Under the pieces are notes generated by a model, which was given only the letters and a program-made list of their open reading frames with translations, was not told where the DNA came from and made no database searches. The position numbers and the translations under genes were made by a program. This document shows positions 37,808 through 51,300 of a stretch of DNA of 64,000 bases, piece by piece. How positions within the stretch are numbered: position 1 is the stretch's first letter; every line of letters begins with the position of its first letter. Origin of the DNA: Microthyrium microscopicum (taxonomy: Eukaryota); NCBI GenBank assembly GCA_010405405.1, contig MU004230.1:1646627-1710626 (forward strand), written 5' to 3'.

Positions 37808-39039
37808 CTACTTGTCCTCCGATGCTTCTCTCAGATATCGTATGACCTCTCTCTCCGTATCCAACTCAGCTTCCAGCGTGATAATACGTTGTTGCAGCTC
37901 TGCTATCTTACTGTCTCTCGCAATTAACGACTTGCGCAGTACCTCTCGGCTATAACCACAGTAAGCTCAGTCCATCTGAAAGTCAAACAATGCAAGGTAC
38001 TTACCCATGCACAACGCCTTTAGCTCGTCGGGCGTATATGTCACATACACTCTTCAGCCTCGAACGTGCCTTTTCCCATATTTGTACATTCTCTTCCCTG
38101 AGAGCTCCCATGACATCATCTAAGAGCTGTTGCCCCTCAGCTGGCAAATTTCTCGATGCTGGCGTTGGTGTTGACATTGGCGATGCGAGATCCAGTAACT
38201 CGTTTCTATCTTCTTGCGCATTGGTTTGTCGCGACATCTGTTGTCGTTTGTGGGTCTCTGGTGTCGGCAAGCCACCTGCTACGCCAACCATATCCTGAAA
38301 TGTGCGTTTCGTGTTTGGTGTGGTCGCTCCTGGGACAATTTGTCCCATTGACCGAACCGTTGAAGACATTGTGCTTTGGGCAGATGCTTGAGATCCTCGG
38401 CCCAAGTCCTGTGTATCTAGCGCCATCATTGCCTGCTCATCCTCTGTGCTCATCTCGAAACTCGGATCTGTGATGGTGGTTGCAAAGCTTCGAGGTTTCG
38501 CGTCGGATACAGCATAGCTCTTCGAGTCTCTGCTTGCTGTATCTGCGGGTAATATGTCTGCCGTGTTTTGCGTGTTGTTCAAGAATGGATTTGGTGCAGG
38601 TAGGGTCGAGTAACGCGCATTTGCTGGCGGCGCATTCGTCATGCCAGCGGGTTCGTCCTCCGTCATGGTATTGCTCAGCACCGCTTGCTTCTCTCGCATA
38701 TCGGCGGCATCGCGCCACAGAAAGAACGAGCAGCGCTTTTCATTGGACTTTTGGCAGACGAAGAACCACTTTCCTTTGTTCTGATTCTCTTTTTTTACTT
38801 GGAAGAGGGACGCGGGGAGACGAGGTTTACATTCGCCTGTATCACAAAGTCAGCCAAGAAGACACGAAGAGGTATTGCCGTATGCACTTACACATCCATT
38901 GACCATTTTGATATAGACCTGTCAACTTGGTCGACCGGTTATTGTTCTGACCGCGCCGATAGCCTCCTCCGCCGCGACCATTCATTCTGGAGGGCGCTGT
39001 GGTTTTGGGAGGGCCCATGAACCCGCCTTTCTGAAACAT
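37808..39039 (-). CDS. GRF-type zinc-finger protein with C-terminal coiled coil (3 exons)
   Basis: Removing intron 38891-38837 gives WMCECKPRLPA...NKGKWFFVCQK..KRCSFFLW. The last exon is REVLRKSLIARDSKIAELQQRIITLEAEL. Confidence 0.88.
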
Positions 39040-39277
39040 GATGACTGTAAAATGTCCGCTAGGTACGCTACAAAGGGCCCGATGATAGTGGATTGAAATG
39101 CGGGGCTCGTTAGATAACTTCAGCCTTGCGGATGTCGGGTACCGATAAGGTGGTTCTATGGTGTTGCCTGTTCGGATACGGGTAGTACTGTAGTACCTTT
39201 GTAGGAGTAGTCGAGCTACAACCCAGGCGGAGGTCGGAGGTTAGAATGGAGTATAGATTCAATGATGTGACGAGGCA

Positions 39278-39322
39278 CGTTGGTGCATAAATCGTTGGTG
39301 CATAAATCGTTGGTGCATAAAT
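39278..39322. repeat. Tandem repeat, 3 x 15 bp (CGTTGGTGCATAAAT)
   Basis: Three exact consecutive copies read directly, upstream of the first GRF gene. Confidence 0.9.
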
Positions 39323-40037
39323 TGCTCTCCTAAAAGACTGAACTTGTCTGTAGGGGTGGAAAGATGCCAAATGCTGCCAGTCCCCAGCCCCCTTCGGCAG
39401 AAGTCTCCATTGGCGCTAACTCACCTCCTCAACACATCTGGCAACCAACTCAGTCTTCCTCCCAATTTATTGTTATATGGTCACCATTTTGTTCATCTGA
39501 TGCATCAGGGCACAAATTCTATGCTGTATACCCAACCTTATTGTTGTCTAGAATGTGTTTATATGCCTGCAATACATCTTTCAGGGCCACAAACATTGAA
39601 GACTCCGAAGCCGAAGGACGGCAAGTTTTCAATATCACAACCCGACCATTCAACTTGACTTGACGATCCAATTTAGTCGTTAGAGAGTCCAATAGTCATC
39701 CAGAGTATTTGTCAGCACACCTTTCACTCGATTTACAGGTTTCATGCTCGATGAGGCTGATCTCTGCTTGCTTGGGGCCAATAGCAGACTCTGTCTGAAA
39801 TGCTATCGTCCAACACTCGCTTCCGACTTGGATCTTCGGCACACTAGATGCTAATGTGCTCACTAATAGGTTGAGGAATCTGAACAAGAGGAGCTCGCGA
39901 TTCGAAGCGTCAAAGAGTTTGTATTTAACTACTTACTAGGTATCTATGATATATGTAAATACAGTTTTGTCAGCTTCGACCATACTATCAAAAAGAGCTC
40001 TTCATCGTCCTGTCCTCAGTGGCATCATATCCTCAGT

Positions 40038-41055
40038 CTAGTCCTCGCATGTTTGCTGTTGTTTTGACCCAGCATCACTCTGTGAACTCCTCACTGGCGC
40101 CAGATAATCCGTGATCAGTCTCTTGTTTGGTTTTCTGGTCCGGTCTCGAAGCCTGGTTTTGTTCTGAGCTCTGGTATTATGTTGAGCTCCAGTGCTGTTG
40201 TTGACTGCTATTTTGCTGCGAATTCTTGCGCTGCCTGGTAACTTAGTAGAGGCGCGCTTTGGCTCGACTTTTAGGTCTTTGCCTGCTCGTCGTTTTTGAC
40301 GGCATTTGACTGTACAATGTCAAGATATAAGCGAGGTCGGGAATGTAACACTTACCAGCTAATGCACTGTTTGCGGAAATGGGCTGGAGAGGGTATCGCT
40401 TTGCAGTGACAGAGTCTTTCGATACATCTGAAGGCTCTACTTCGATGGTGGTTTTCGAAAGTCTGTCCGAGGATAAAGTGCTTTTTCCTATCTCGTTGGC
40501 CTCTTGTAGCTTCGCTAGTTCTGAAAATGCCTTGTCCCAACTGGGTGTAATCGAATACAGATCTTGTGAAGAGACCACTGACCCAGAATGTGCTGGCTCA
40601 GCATGTGCTGGCTCAGATTCTCCTGGCTCAGATTCTCCTGGCTTAGACCTCACAGCCTGGCATAGATGACGTTCAGCCTCAGCCACCATATCTTTGCTGT
40701 TCAGGTCATACCACCTCTGGACTTCTTTGGGTCTTTCACGAAACCACTTCTCGATCACTGGATAGGTCTCGGCCCAAAAAAAGAAGGCACATTGTGTATT
40801 ATGGATATAGTCAGGACATCTCATGAACCATTCGCCCTGGTTTGCCGGCTTCGCCTTAGGTCCAGCGAGGTAGGGAACCGCGAGTTTGTTATGGAAGCCT
40901 AAGAGATCATGACAAGTCAGACAATGTATCGTTGCACCGGCTACTGAGTACCTAGGTTTCTTACATATCCATCTCAGTTCTCCATTAACGGGTCTGTAAT
41001 TTCTGGCACTTCCAACATTGTATCTTGCGAATGATTTCGTCTCACCTGAGAACAT
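40038..41055 (-). CDS. Second, divergent GRF-type zinc-finger protein (start codon uncertain)
   Basis: Removing the in-frame 66-nt intron 40964-40899 gives WICFHNKLAVPYLAGPKAKPANQGEWFMRCPD...QCAFFFW. A second intron near 40355-40311 leads to a basic tail ending in TAG at 40038. Confidence 0.75.
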
Positions 41056-42654
41056 CGCCGTACGTAAGTAGAGTGAGGGAAGTGTTGGAACATGCGGGCC
41101 ATGTACACAAGTTATGGGGCAGTCTGATTGTATTTTGGGCATGTTGCAGAGATGAAGAAACTGGTGCCTTCATACGCTTGCTACTATGTAATGAACGGAA
41201 AGTATAAAAGAGGAGGTTCTCAGTAAAAGGACGATGACACCGGAGGCAGAAAAGAGAATGCGTGAGCAGCGTGGCAGGGGACCATTGCGTATTAAATGCG
41301 TTCAGCGGTCGAAACAATTAAGCCATTGATACCATCCTGCTGCCCCACAAGAGTGCTCATGTACGTTTCTCAAGTTAGCCAAAGCACTACCTCATCTACC
41401 TACAGATAGAGGTGGCAACTGTAAGCGAATTCAAGATCAACTCTTCATAATCATACAAGTCCAGTTGTCCTCAACTCAGTGATATCATTGCAGAATGCCA
41501 GTCATCCCACTTCGCTCGCCCAAATCCAACATCGCGGCTGGCGAAAGAGAACGCGCTCCGAGCGCGTTCGCGTTCGAGACATGGCTGCTAAAGCACAGTC
41601 TTGTGCCCGATCAGAATCGGGAAGATCCTGGCTCTCGAAACTTTTCGACTGCCAAAAGCCGCCCATGAACCATTTTACCATTGGGGATTCGCCAGGTTTG
41701 AGCCTCGTGAGCTGGACGTCGACGCTAAAACCAGCCTAGTCTAACCGTTAACTTGCTAAGGAGGTTTTGAGGGCGTTGAAAGTCTATTACTTTGCCTAAA
41801 TAGGAACCCCAAAAAAGCTTGGACGTACAAGATTTCGCTTTCCAAGTTCTATTTTGACCTAAGGCACCAAACGGCGGAACATTTGCTGGCAGAGAAAAAG
41901 CAAATATCCGTTCCTTAACTTGGTAGGCAGCCAATGACAGGAGGGTTGTCTATCTTCCTCTGAGCACAAAGTTACAAACACGAAATTTGATAGCTCGAGT
42001 CTTGAGGCCGCTCCATCAGCTGAAGGCTACCTCGCCCTTGCCGATCTCCCCGAAGCCTTCGATAAGGACCCTGGCCGGGCTGACTGCAATACAAGGTCAG
42101 GAATTCGAGCCTTTCGATAATTGAGAATGAGGGGAGGGAGAATTCAACACAAGTGCCTCTGTAGCCCCTGAGGCCTTGTTGCCTTCAAATGTTTTCAACA
42201 TTCCTGTTTCTGATTCAAATCATATGTTTACTATTAATGACAAAATTTCCATCGTAAGATCTCATTACAGGTTCTCATGGTAGCAGTTCTTTGCTCTTGT
42301 AGTAGGATAAATTTTACTGCTAGAGCAAATTTCTCTGAAAGCAGGCAAGATGGAACAGCGAACAACACTTCCATAAGCTTTCTATCTATATCAGCTCTAA
42401 ATTTGAAGGCATCTAGACTTTTAGGTCGCAACAATTGATTGAGCCCACTTTAACCAAGAGCCTCAGCCTTATGCTTACCCCAGATTATCTCCGATTGGTC
42501 TAATTCCAGTACGTTTTTCGGCATCCCGACCTAAGCACCGACATCCATGCCTACTTCCCGACGCTAAGATAACATTTAAATGCAGTGATCCTTAACACCA
42601 AACTTTTTTTCCAAAGCTCTTACCTGCCAACCAACAACATACACAAACAACAAC

Positions 42655-43236
42655 ATGGATACTTCCACCGTCCAAACCGCCCTAACCACCCTAACATCCG
42701 ACATAGACGCCCTCACCACCGCCCTCCAACCCCTCCTCTCCGAACCAACAAACTCCCTCGCCAGCCCACTTCCCCTTCTCGACAAAGCCAAACTCTACAC
42801 AACAAGCACCTACGCCATCGAATCCCTCCTCTTCTCCGCCCTCCGTCTCTCCGGCGCAGATGCCAAAGCGCACCCAGTCTTCGCCGAGCTCGCGCGCGTC
42901 AAAGCCTACTTTGACAAAGTAAAGGAAGCGGAACATCCAGAGATGAAGCCACGGATCGATAAAGAGGCTGCCGGACGATTTGTGAAGGCGGGGTTGGCGG
43001 GGAATACGAAGCGGAAGTTTGAGGATGGGGATGAGGGTGTAGCGCGGGGAAAGGAGGATGGGCTGGGGAAGAAGAGTAAGCTGAGGAAGCAGAAGAGTGA
43101 GTAGTTGCTAGGTGCGATGTGAAGGGGATGGAGATGCTGACTTGCAGTAGGTTTGAAGGAGAAGAAGGGCAAGTCAAGTAAGCCGCCAAAGGGACCGAAG
43201 GAGGCGTTCAAGGCTTTGGTTGGACAGGGGAGTTAG
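42655..43236 (+). CDS. LRP1: Exosome cofactor C1D/Rrp47/Lrp1 family protein
   Basis: LPLLDKAKLY....YAIESLLFSALRLSG..AKAHPVFAELARVKAYFDK and RIDKEAAGRFVKAGL. A probable terminal intron 43097-43150 extends the protein to ...KGPKEAFKALVGQGS; unspliced it stops at 43104. Confidence 0.88.
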
Positions 43237-43601
43237 GGGCAGGAATAGGTGTTGTGCTGATTGCCTGAACTCAGGCTATTGCTGGCTTATCACAAGTTGC
43301 TGGCATTGTTGCGATGAGGAGAATATGACGAGACAGTCGGGATTGGAGCTGATGGAACGACTTTGCTTGTGGATCGGGCGTTTGTTTATGGATGATACCC
43401 CAGTCAATTGACATTGCATTTACAGTGTTCATATTTAATGAGAAATGAAATGGCACTGAAAGAGCCATTGAAACCACGGTCAATTCTATTCTTCATTGGC
43501 GTTTGCCAACACCAAATCCAAAAGTTATCCCATTCAACCAAAAAGCCAATGCCATGGCTGACTAACCTACAAACTCCAGAATGCGAATGCGATGCAAAAG
43601 T

Positions 43602-44763
43602 TTAAAGTATAGATCTTGACAGCCCCGATCTCGACAAGCCCTTTCGGCTGGGTATCTCATCGCTAGTATCTTCGTTTCCGCTTCCACCCACACCGTCGCT
43701 GCTCTCATCACGATATTCATCGTCCCACAAATCTTCTCTTAGGCTAATGTCATCTGCCTCTTCTCGCAAAAACTCGTCCGTCTCTGCCAGCTCCGGATCA
43801 TCGTCGAATTCATCTCCACTAACACGACGCCCGGTACCCTCCTCAGCTCTTGTGAGCTCCTCAACCTCCTTGATGCGTTTTTGAGTGCGCTGATATATGA
43901 GGTACCCGGTAACGGCTCCAACGGTAGCGCCAATAGCGATACTTATATATGTAACGACCTTGGTGCGGGTATCCATTTTGTCGCCCCTCTCAGCCAATTC
44001 GGCTAATTGATGCCCAATCCAGACGTGAAGCATAAGTTTAGGACTGACGATGGCAGTCGCGAGTCCAAAATTGTACCAGGTAACCGTGGGAATTGTACTT
44101 ATGGCACCGTTGCTGATGCTATATGGAAGTGGGCATAGGCGCACCATGCATAAGAGTTTCAGTCCGTCGTGTTTGAGTACTGTAGACAAGGCGGTAAAAC
44201 GAGAGTCGCCGGCAACCCATTTATTGACGTAGCGCTGAAATAGGGTGCGCGAGGTTATGAATGCGACCATGGAGCCGCATGTGCTAGCAGATGCGACGAT
44301 GAACCAGCTAGATGGTAATTAGCAATGAAGCGTTTTATAAAGGTTGGTGTACGTACCCGTTGGGAAAGCCGTAAACGAAGCCGCCTAAAGAAACACACGT
44401 TGAATATCCAATTAAAGGCGGGAACGACACAATGAATGTCATGAGCCAAAGAATGAGCCAACCGCCAGTAACATTTCTCCATCCTTTGGCAAAGTCGGCC
44501 AGCCAGTGGAAGATTTGATCATGATATACCAGGGATAGAATGCTGGATATGAAGGATAAGATGCCACATATTACAACCGCGGTTTTTTGTAAAGGTGTTA
44601 AGCTTAGCCAGAGTTTGATGCCTCGTACTGATAGATCTTCAATGCGCTTTTGCATGCGAGCTGTAAAGGACCGAGGGGTGGATCTTCTTGACATTGAGGA
44701 TGTGCGACGGACGGGAGGCATGCGGAAGCTGACGGGGCTGTTGGAATGGGAGGGAGATGGCAT
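43602..44763 (-). CDS. TVP38: Golgi membrane protein TVP38 (DedA/VTT domain)
   Basis: VSFPPLIGYSTC..LGGFVYGFPNG/W and LKLLCMVRLCPLPYSISNGAISTIPTV are TVP38 motifs; one intron near 44309-44356. Confidence 0.92.
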
Positions 44764-45536
44764 ATTGAAGTAGTTGTGACAAAGGCTAGCTTGTATGAAA
44801 CATGACGAAGGAGTGTAGGTTTGAAGGAGCGGGAGCGGTATGTATGAAGTTGAATGGGTATGATGAGACTTGTGTTTATGAAAGGAGAGAGGCCTAGAGT
44901 GCTGTAAGAGGACTACGTAACTGTGGCTTAGTTTCTTGAGCAGAGCCGCTCGCGTTTAGCAGGGTTTATGTGTCTAATAATGATGGCAAGATAAATAACG
45001 ATCTAATTTCTAGAAGGCTAACCTCCTAGGTACGAGTCTAAACTACCTTCTTTACGCAAGAAGTTAAATTACTATAATTTAATAATTCTTTACTTTATTT
45101 TATAATTAATAATATTATTCTCTTTATCTTTATTATTATAGTTCTATAATAATAATTAACTATTAACTTAATAAGCTAATAATAAATAACTTTAAAATCT
45201 TTATATTTAAAATAAAGCCTTAGTAATTTAATAATAAGTTACTATATTTTATTTTATTATAATTATCTTATAGGCTAGTTCTCTCTTAAAAGAAAGAATT
45301 TTAGGTTATTATTATTATATTTTTATTTATTAAAAGCTATTTATAAAGTTTTTTATACCTTATTTATTATTTAATATATTAATTTAGTTTAAGCTATTAT
45401 AGTTAATAAATTAGACTCTTTTAATTAAAAGCTAATCTAATACTAAACTTATAAATTTATTTTTCTCTTTTTTAAAAAAAGTAACTCTTTTTAAAAAAAA
45501 GAAATAAATAAAGAATAGCTAAAAAGAATTTATAAG

Positions 45537-45758
45537 TGTAAGGAATCCTTATAGGTTTGGTGTTTTAGTGTTAGATCTAGAGATCTAATCTTGTAGATAA
45601 GATCTCTTTATCTCGTTTAGAGTTAGTATATCTAAGGATCCCCTAGGCCCTATATCTTTATATCTATAGCTCTATCTCTAAATCTCCTCTCTCTATACGT
45701 AGATCCTATAATACTAGCTATATTCTACTTACTTAATTATACCTAATAGCTCTTTATA
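45537..45758 (+). repeat. 5' LTR of the Gypsy element
   Basis: Direct repeat of 53211-53432; the differences I can see are G/A and C/T transitions. Confidence 0.93.
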
Positions 45759-48700
45759 TAATCTACGTACCTTTATACTAAAAAATAACTCTATACATTT
45801 ATTATATATTACTAGATTGTTATTAGCTAAAGTTATACTTGAATTTACTAAATAATAATAATAAATTAGTAGTACTACTCTTAGTTAAGATTAGCGCTAT
45901 TTAGATTCTTATAGAAGGTACTAGCAAAGCTATAAATACTTAATTAAATAAACGCCTTTTTAGTGTCATTTACTAAAATAAAGAATATAAAGTAGTTAAA
46001 GCGTTTACTCTACTATATTCTTTTACTAACAATTTATAGAGGTATTTCTATATTCTCTCTACTTACTATCTATTTATATATACCTTATCCCTTATCTAAA
46101 AATATTCATTATTCTATTAGATTAGTTCTAATAATAATAGAAATAATATTATTATAGATTATAAAAATAACTAATGCGCTAATCATAGTACGCTACCTTA
46201 TTCTCTCTACCTTAAATATAAGTACTTATAATCTTATTTACTAGAGCGTTTCCTATCTCTTTACGACTTATATAGACACTTCTTAAAGGCTATATTAGTT
46301 ATATTAAATATAAAAGCTAATTAGATATTAACTTTGTAGTTAACCCTTTAATATAAACTACTTAGGATTTAAGATACTATTAAACTCTCTCTAATACTTA
46401 AAAAAGATAAAGGACTTTTTAATAATAAAGACGCTAAATTCCTATATTAAAACGTTATAGATATTTAGGAAGTAGAGAAAGCTTTTAGAGTAGTACTTAT
46501 CGTAGCGTTAATAAAAGAGCTAAGATTAAAGAAAGAGGTATTAACCTTTAGTGCTACCTAGATTACTAGCCCTTTTATAGTAAAAGTAATTAAAGAAAAA
46601 AAACGTATAGTAGAAGCGTTAGATAATAGTAAAGCACGTCTTCTAAAAGATATATAACTTTAGTTAGATTTACTACTTAGTTAACCTAACCCTCTAAATA
46701 TCCCTCTAGGATTCTTTTCTTATTTGCTTATTATATTCATAGACCTAAACTATAATATTACTCTATTAGTAGTAGATAAGCCTTTATTTATATAGGCCTT
46801 ATATAGAATTAGACTAAAATAGAAGAAATAAGTATTAGTAATTCGTTAAGATAAAGTAGATCTATTAAACTTAGTATAGAATTAATATCTTATTATTAAA
46901 GGAGAAGATTTCTTATATTATTATATTAAGTCTAGCTACTTTAAAAATTTCTTTAAACGACTTTATATCACGCTAGTAATATTATAAACTATAGCTCTTT
47001 ACTATTAGTCTTTAAGATTAGTATAGGATATTATTATAAAAAATCTCTTAGAATTAAACTTTAATATAGCTTATTTTAAGAAGTTATTTAAAACCTTATA
47101 GGATAAAGCTATAGATTAGCAACGTTTAATAGAAAATATTTAAGTCTATATTAACTAGTTATAACGTAATTATACTATTAAATTAAATATAGTATACTAG
47201 TCTAAATAATAGGCTATTATAAAGCTAAAGACTAAACAAGCTACTAACTTTTAATATTAAGAATTAGTTAGCTTACTACGTACTAAAATTACTAAATTAG
47301 AAGGATAGCTATAAGTAGTATTAGTTATAGCATTACTTCTCTATATTAATTATAAAGATTTAGAAGATAACACTATTTTAGGTTATTATATATTAAATAT
47401 TATATATCTAGTAGTATTAGGTAATATCTAATCTATAGGTATATAATATTTAACTCTATTATTAACTATAGTAAGTATAGTAGGTAGTTACCCTTATTTT
47501 AAGAAACCTAGTAACTTTATTAGAATTAATATAACTAAGTATAAAATATAGAAGAAGAAAATACTTAATATCTTATTTAATAATAAGGCATATTTATACG
47601 TCTTAATAGAAAAAAAAAAGATTAAGTTTATTTACTAACGCTTTACTAGTATTACCTATAACTTTACTATTATTTAAGAAGGTAGAGAATTAAAGAACCT
47701 ATATAAGTATATAAATAAGATATAGGCTAATCTAGATAGCTACTTTTATTCTAAAAATAGTTTTAAGAATACTAAAGCTTAGTTAAAGTTACCTAAAGCT
47801 AAGATAAAAGATTCTAAGACTCTTTAAGGGTTCTTAGAACAATTTAAAGCTAACTTTATAGATATAGAACTTAATAAACGTAAGAAGATCATTAAACTTA
47901 AAGATCTAATCTTAAAGAAGTTTATAAATTCCTTAGTAGCTTATAATATTAAAGACTTTATTATTTTCTATACTTAACTCTATAACGTTAGTCATTATAT
48001 TAACTATAAATTAAATACTAACGTAAATTTAAATAATAGTAACCTACATTAGAATAACTTACGTTAGGGAAATAATTAATCTTCTAATTAAAGAAATAAT
48101 ACTAACGCTAAAAATAATAATATCTCTTAATTCCTAGATGTATTCTAAGTATTAAAGGCTAAGAAACATTATATTTATTATAGCAAAAAAGGATATTATA
48201 CTAATATTAAGAACCTACCTTATAAGAGTTAAGAGCTATTATCTAATTAGAAGATTAAAGCTAAGGTTACTTAACTAGCTATAGTATTTACGTATATACG
48301 TTAAGATTAATAGCCCTTTATTAAGAAAGCTTAAGATAAAGATAATTACTATTTATTAAACTAGATGCTCCTTTACTAAGCTATAAGGAGGAGCTAAATA
48401 AGAACGAAGCATAAAACAAATAAAAGAAACGTTAGGATAATTAACTTAACGCTTAACTACTTAATATTAAAACTAATAAATAAAAAGCTAAGAAAACCTT
48501 TTATAGGAATAAAGAGGTTATTATTAGATATTTATATTATTATATTAAGCGCCTTAAATATAAAGAAGTAGTTTATAAGGACTATATTATACTAGTATAC
48601 TTTTAAGCTATTTATATATTATTAGCTTTTATTATACTTATAGTATAGCTAAAGAATATTAAAAAGAAAGACTCTATTATTAAATCTTAGTAGACTATAG

Positions 48701-51068
48701 TAGAGCAAATTTATATTCTACGTAGTAAAGTATATTCTAATATAGGTATTTTAATTAATATAGATAGTAGCACTATAAGTATTATTAATTCCTACTACCT
48801 AAGATAATATAGTATATTAATATTTAACCTTACTTAACCTTAAATTATTAAGCTTACTAATAGTAAGTCTATTTCTATAATTAATAGAGTTACTCTTATT
48901 AATATTTATATTAGCTACTACGTTAAATAGCTTAGTTATTTTATTATAGAAGTTACTTTATATAACCTAATATTAAGAGCGCCTTAGATAGACTAATATA
49001 AAGTTAATCTCTATAGAGGGTTAAGAACCTTAACTTTTAGTAGTATACAATATATTACTAATTATATTATATTACATTGCCTAATATCTATAGATCTAAA
49101 AGAACGTATAATTAACCTTCTCCTTCTTAATAATATAGATATTACGTTTATATCTATTATAGTATTTAAGAAGCTTTTAAAGCGTAAAGACGTTATTATT
49201 AACGCTTTTTAGCTAGAAGATTTTAAAAAGATAAAAGATAATAAAATAATAGATAAGGATAATAATAATAGAGAAGTAATAAATCTCTTTACTTACGCTA
49301 TCTTTAAAGAGAATTATATTAAATAGTAGGATAAGTAGGATAGCCTATATATATTATAAGAAGAAATACTAAAGCTTATTCTAGAGAAGTTTTAATAATA
49401 CTTTAAGGTTTTTAACCTAAAATAAGCTAATACTTTTATACTATATTAAAGTAAATTTAATTATACTATTAACTTTATCCTAGATATAAAAATATTAAAA
49501 CGTTATCCTATCTTAATATTCTTAAAGTAGGTATTAGTAGTAAAGTAGTATATAAAGTAATTATTAGTATATAGGTTTATAGGGCTTTCTAAGTCTTAAT
49601 ATACTATATTAATACTTTACGTTAGTAAGCTAGGCAAAGGTATTAGAGTTTATATTAATTATTATAAACTTAATAAAATTATTATTAAGAATAGTAATGT
49701 TTCTCCTCTTATTAATAAAATACTTACGCGTTTAATATATATAAAGTTCTACTTAAAATTTAATATTATTATAGCGTTTAAATAGATTTAAATTAAACCT
49801 AGAGATAAGCATAAAATAGCCTTTCTTACTTAATATAGCCTCTTTAAATTTAACGTCTTCTTCTTTAGTCTTATAGGAGGGCTAGGAACGTTTTAATCTT
49901 ATATTAATTACACGTTAATGTAATTCCTTAACGATTTTGTTATTATCTACCTTAATAATATCTTAGTCTTTAGTAAAACGTTAGAAGAATATAACGTATA
50001 TATCTATCTTATCTTAGATATATTAGAATATATAGGTTTATTCCTAGATATTAAGAAGTCTAAATTCTACGTTTAGGAAGTTAAATACCTTAGTCTAATT
50101 ATTACTACTAAGGGTATTAAAATAGATTTTACTAAGGTTTAGGTAGTATTAGAATAGGAACGACTAGTATGCTTAAAAGACGTTTAGGCATTCCTTAGAT
50201 TTACTAATTTTTACTATTATTTTATATTTAGCTACTTAGCTATAGTAGCGCTATTAATTAATCTTATAAGAAAAGACGCTATTATAGTCTTTCTATAAGA
50301 TCTAGAGGGGCTAGAGGAAAGAGCATTTAAAGCTCTTAAAGAAGCTTTTACTTTTACCTCTATCCTTATCTATTTTGACTATAATAAGAAAACTTAGGTA
50401 GAAATAAATACCTTAGATTAAGTATATATAGTAGTATTATTATAAAAGGACGCTAATAGAGATTTTAAACTCGTTACGTTCCTATCTAAAAAGATAATAC
50501 TTATAGAATATAATTATAATATCTATAATAAGGAATTATTAGCTATTATTTAAGCTTTTAAAAAATAGGAACCTAAATTCTTTAGTATAGAAGACGTTAT
50601 TAAGGTCTTCTTAGATTATTAAAACCTTTAGATATTTATAAAAATAAAGAAGCTTACTTATTATTAAATACGATAGGCTAAATTTCTATTATAGTTCTAC
50701 TTCCTTATTAAATATTACCTAGGAATAGCTAATAGTAAAGCTAACGCTTTTATAAGACGTTCCTAAGATCTTCCTTAAAGTAATAATAATCTATAGATTA
50801 CTTAGTAATATTAACTACTTTTATTCCTCTATTAGTTTAGTACAAAAAAAGCGATTAAACTTACTATAATTCTTATTAACCTTATTATCTTATCTCTTTT
50901 ATAAGTAGCTATAATTATAACGAATAAGTTAGATGCTATTATAATAGGGGAGTTATATTTAGAACCTATTGCGGAGAGCTTTTAGAATAAGGCTCTAGCT
51001 AGTTTAGATAATTCTCTACTAGTTAATAAGGAATCTCTAAACTTTGCCTTAGAATAGTTCTTAGAAGA

Positions 51069-51300
51069 TGTTACGGATCTCCTCTAGATGTACGGATCCG
51101 CGCTATTCGGGCTACCCCTCCATGGACCCCTGTTAGCGCCAAGGCTGCAGTGACGTCATCGTCACGTGTTAGCGCGCGCACGGTCCACCCGCGTGCCTAT
51201 TTATATCTCTTCCGTAGGCCCTTCTAGCTAGATTCCTCGTCTTAGATTCTATAATCACAACGAGCCCTTACTACGCCCTTGCACCTGCCGTTTCCTGACA
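51069..51300. mobile_element. Solo LTR of a different retrotransposon family nested in the Gypsy pol region
   Basis: 232-bp GC-rich island starting TGTTACGGA and ending TCCTGACA, flanked by an exact 5-bp duplication GAAGA (51064-51068 and 51301-51305); no similarity to the host LTRs. Confidence 0.88.
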
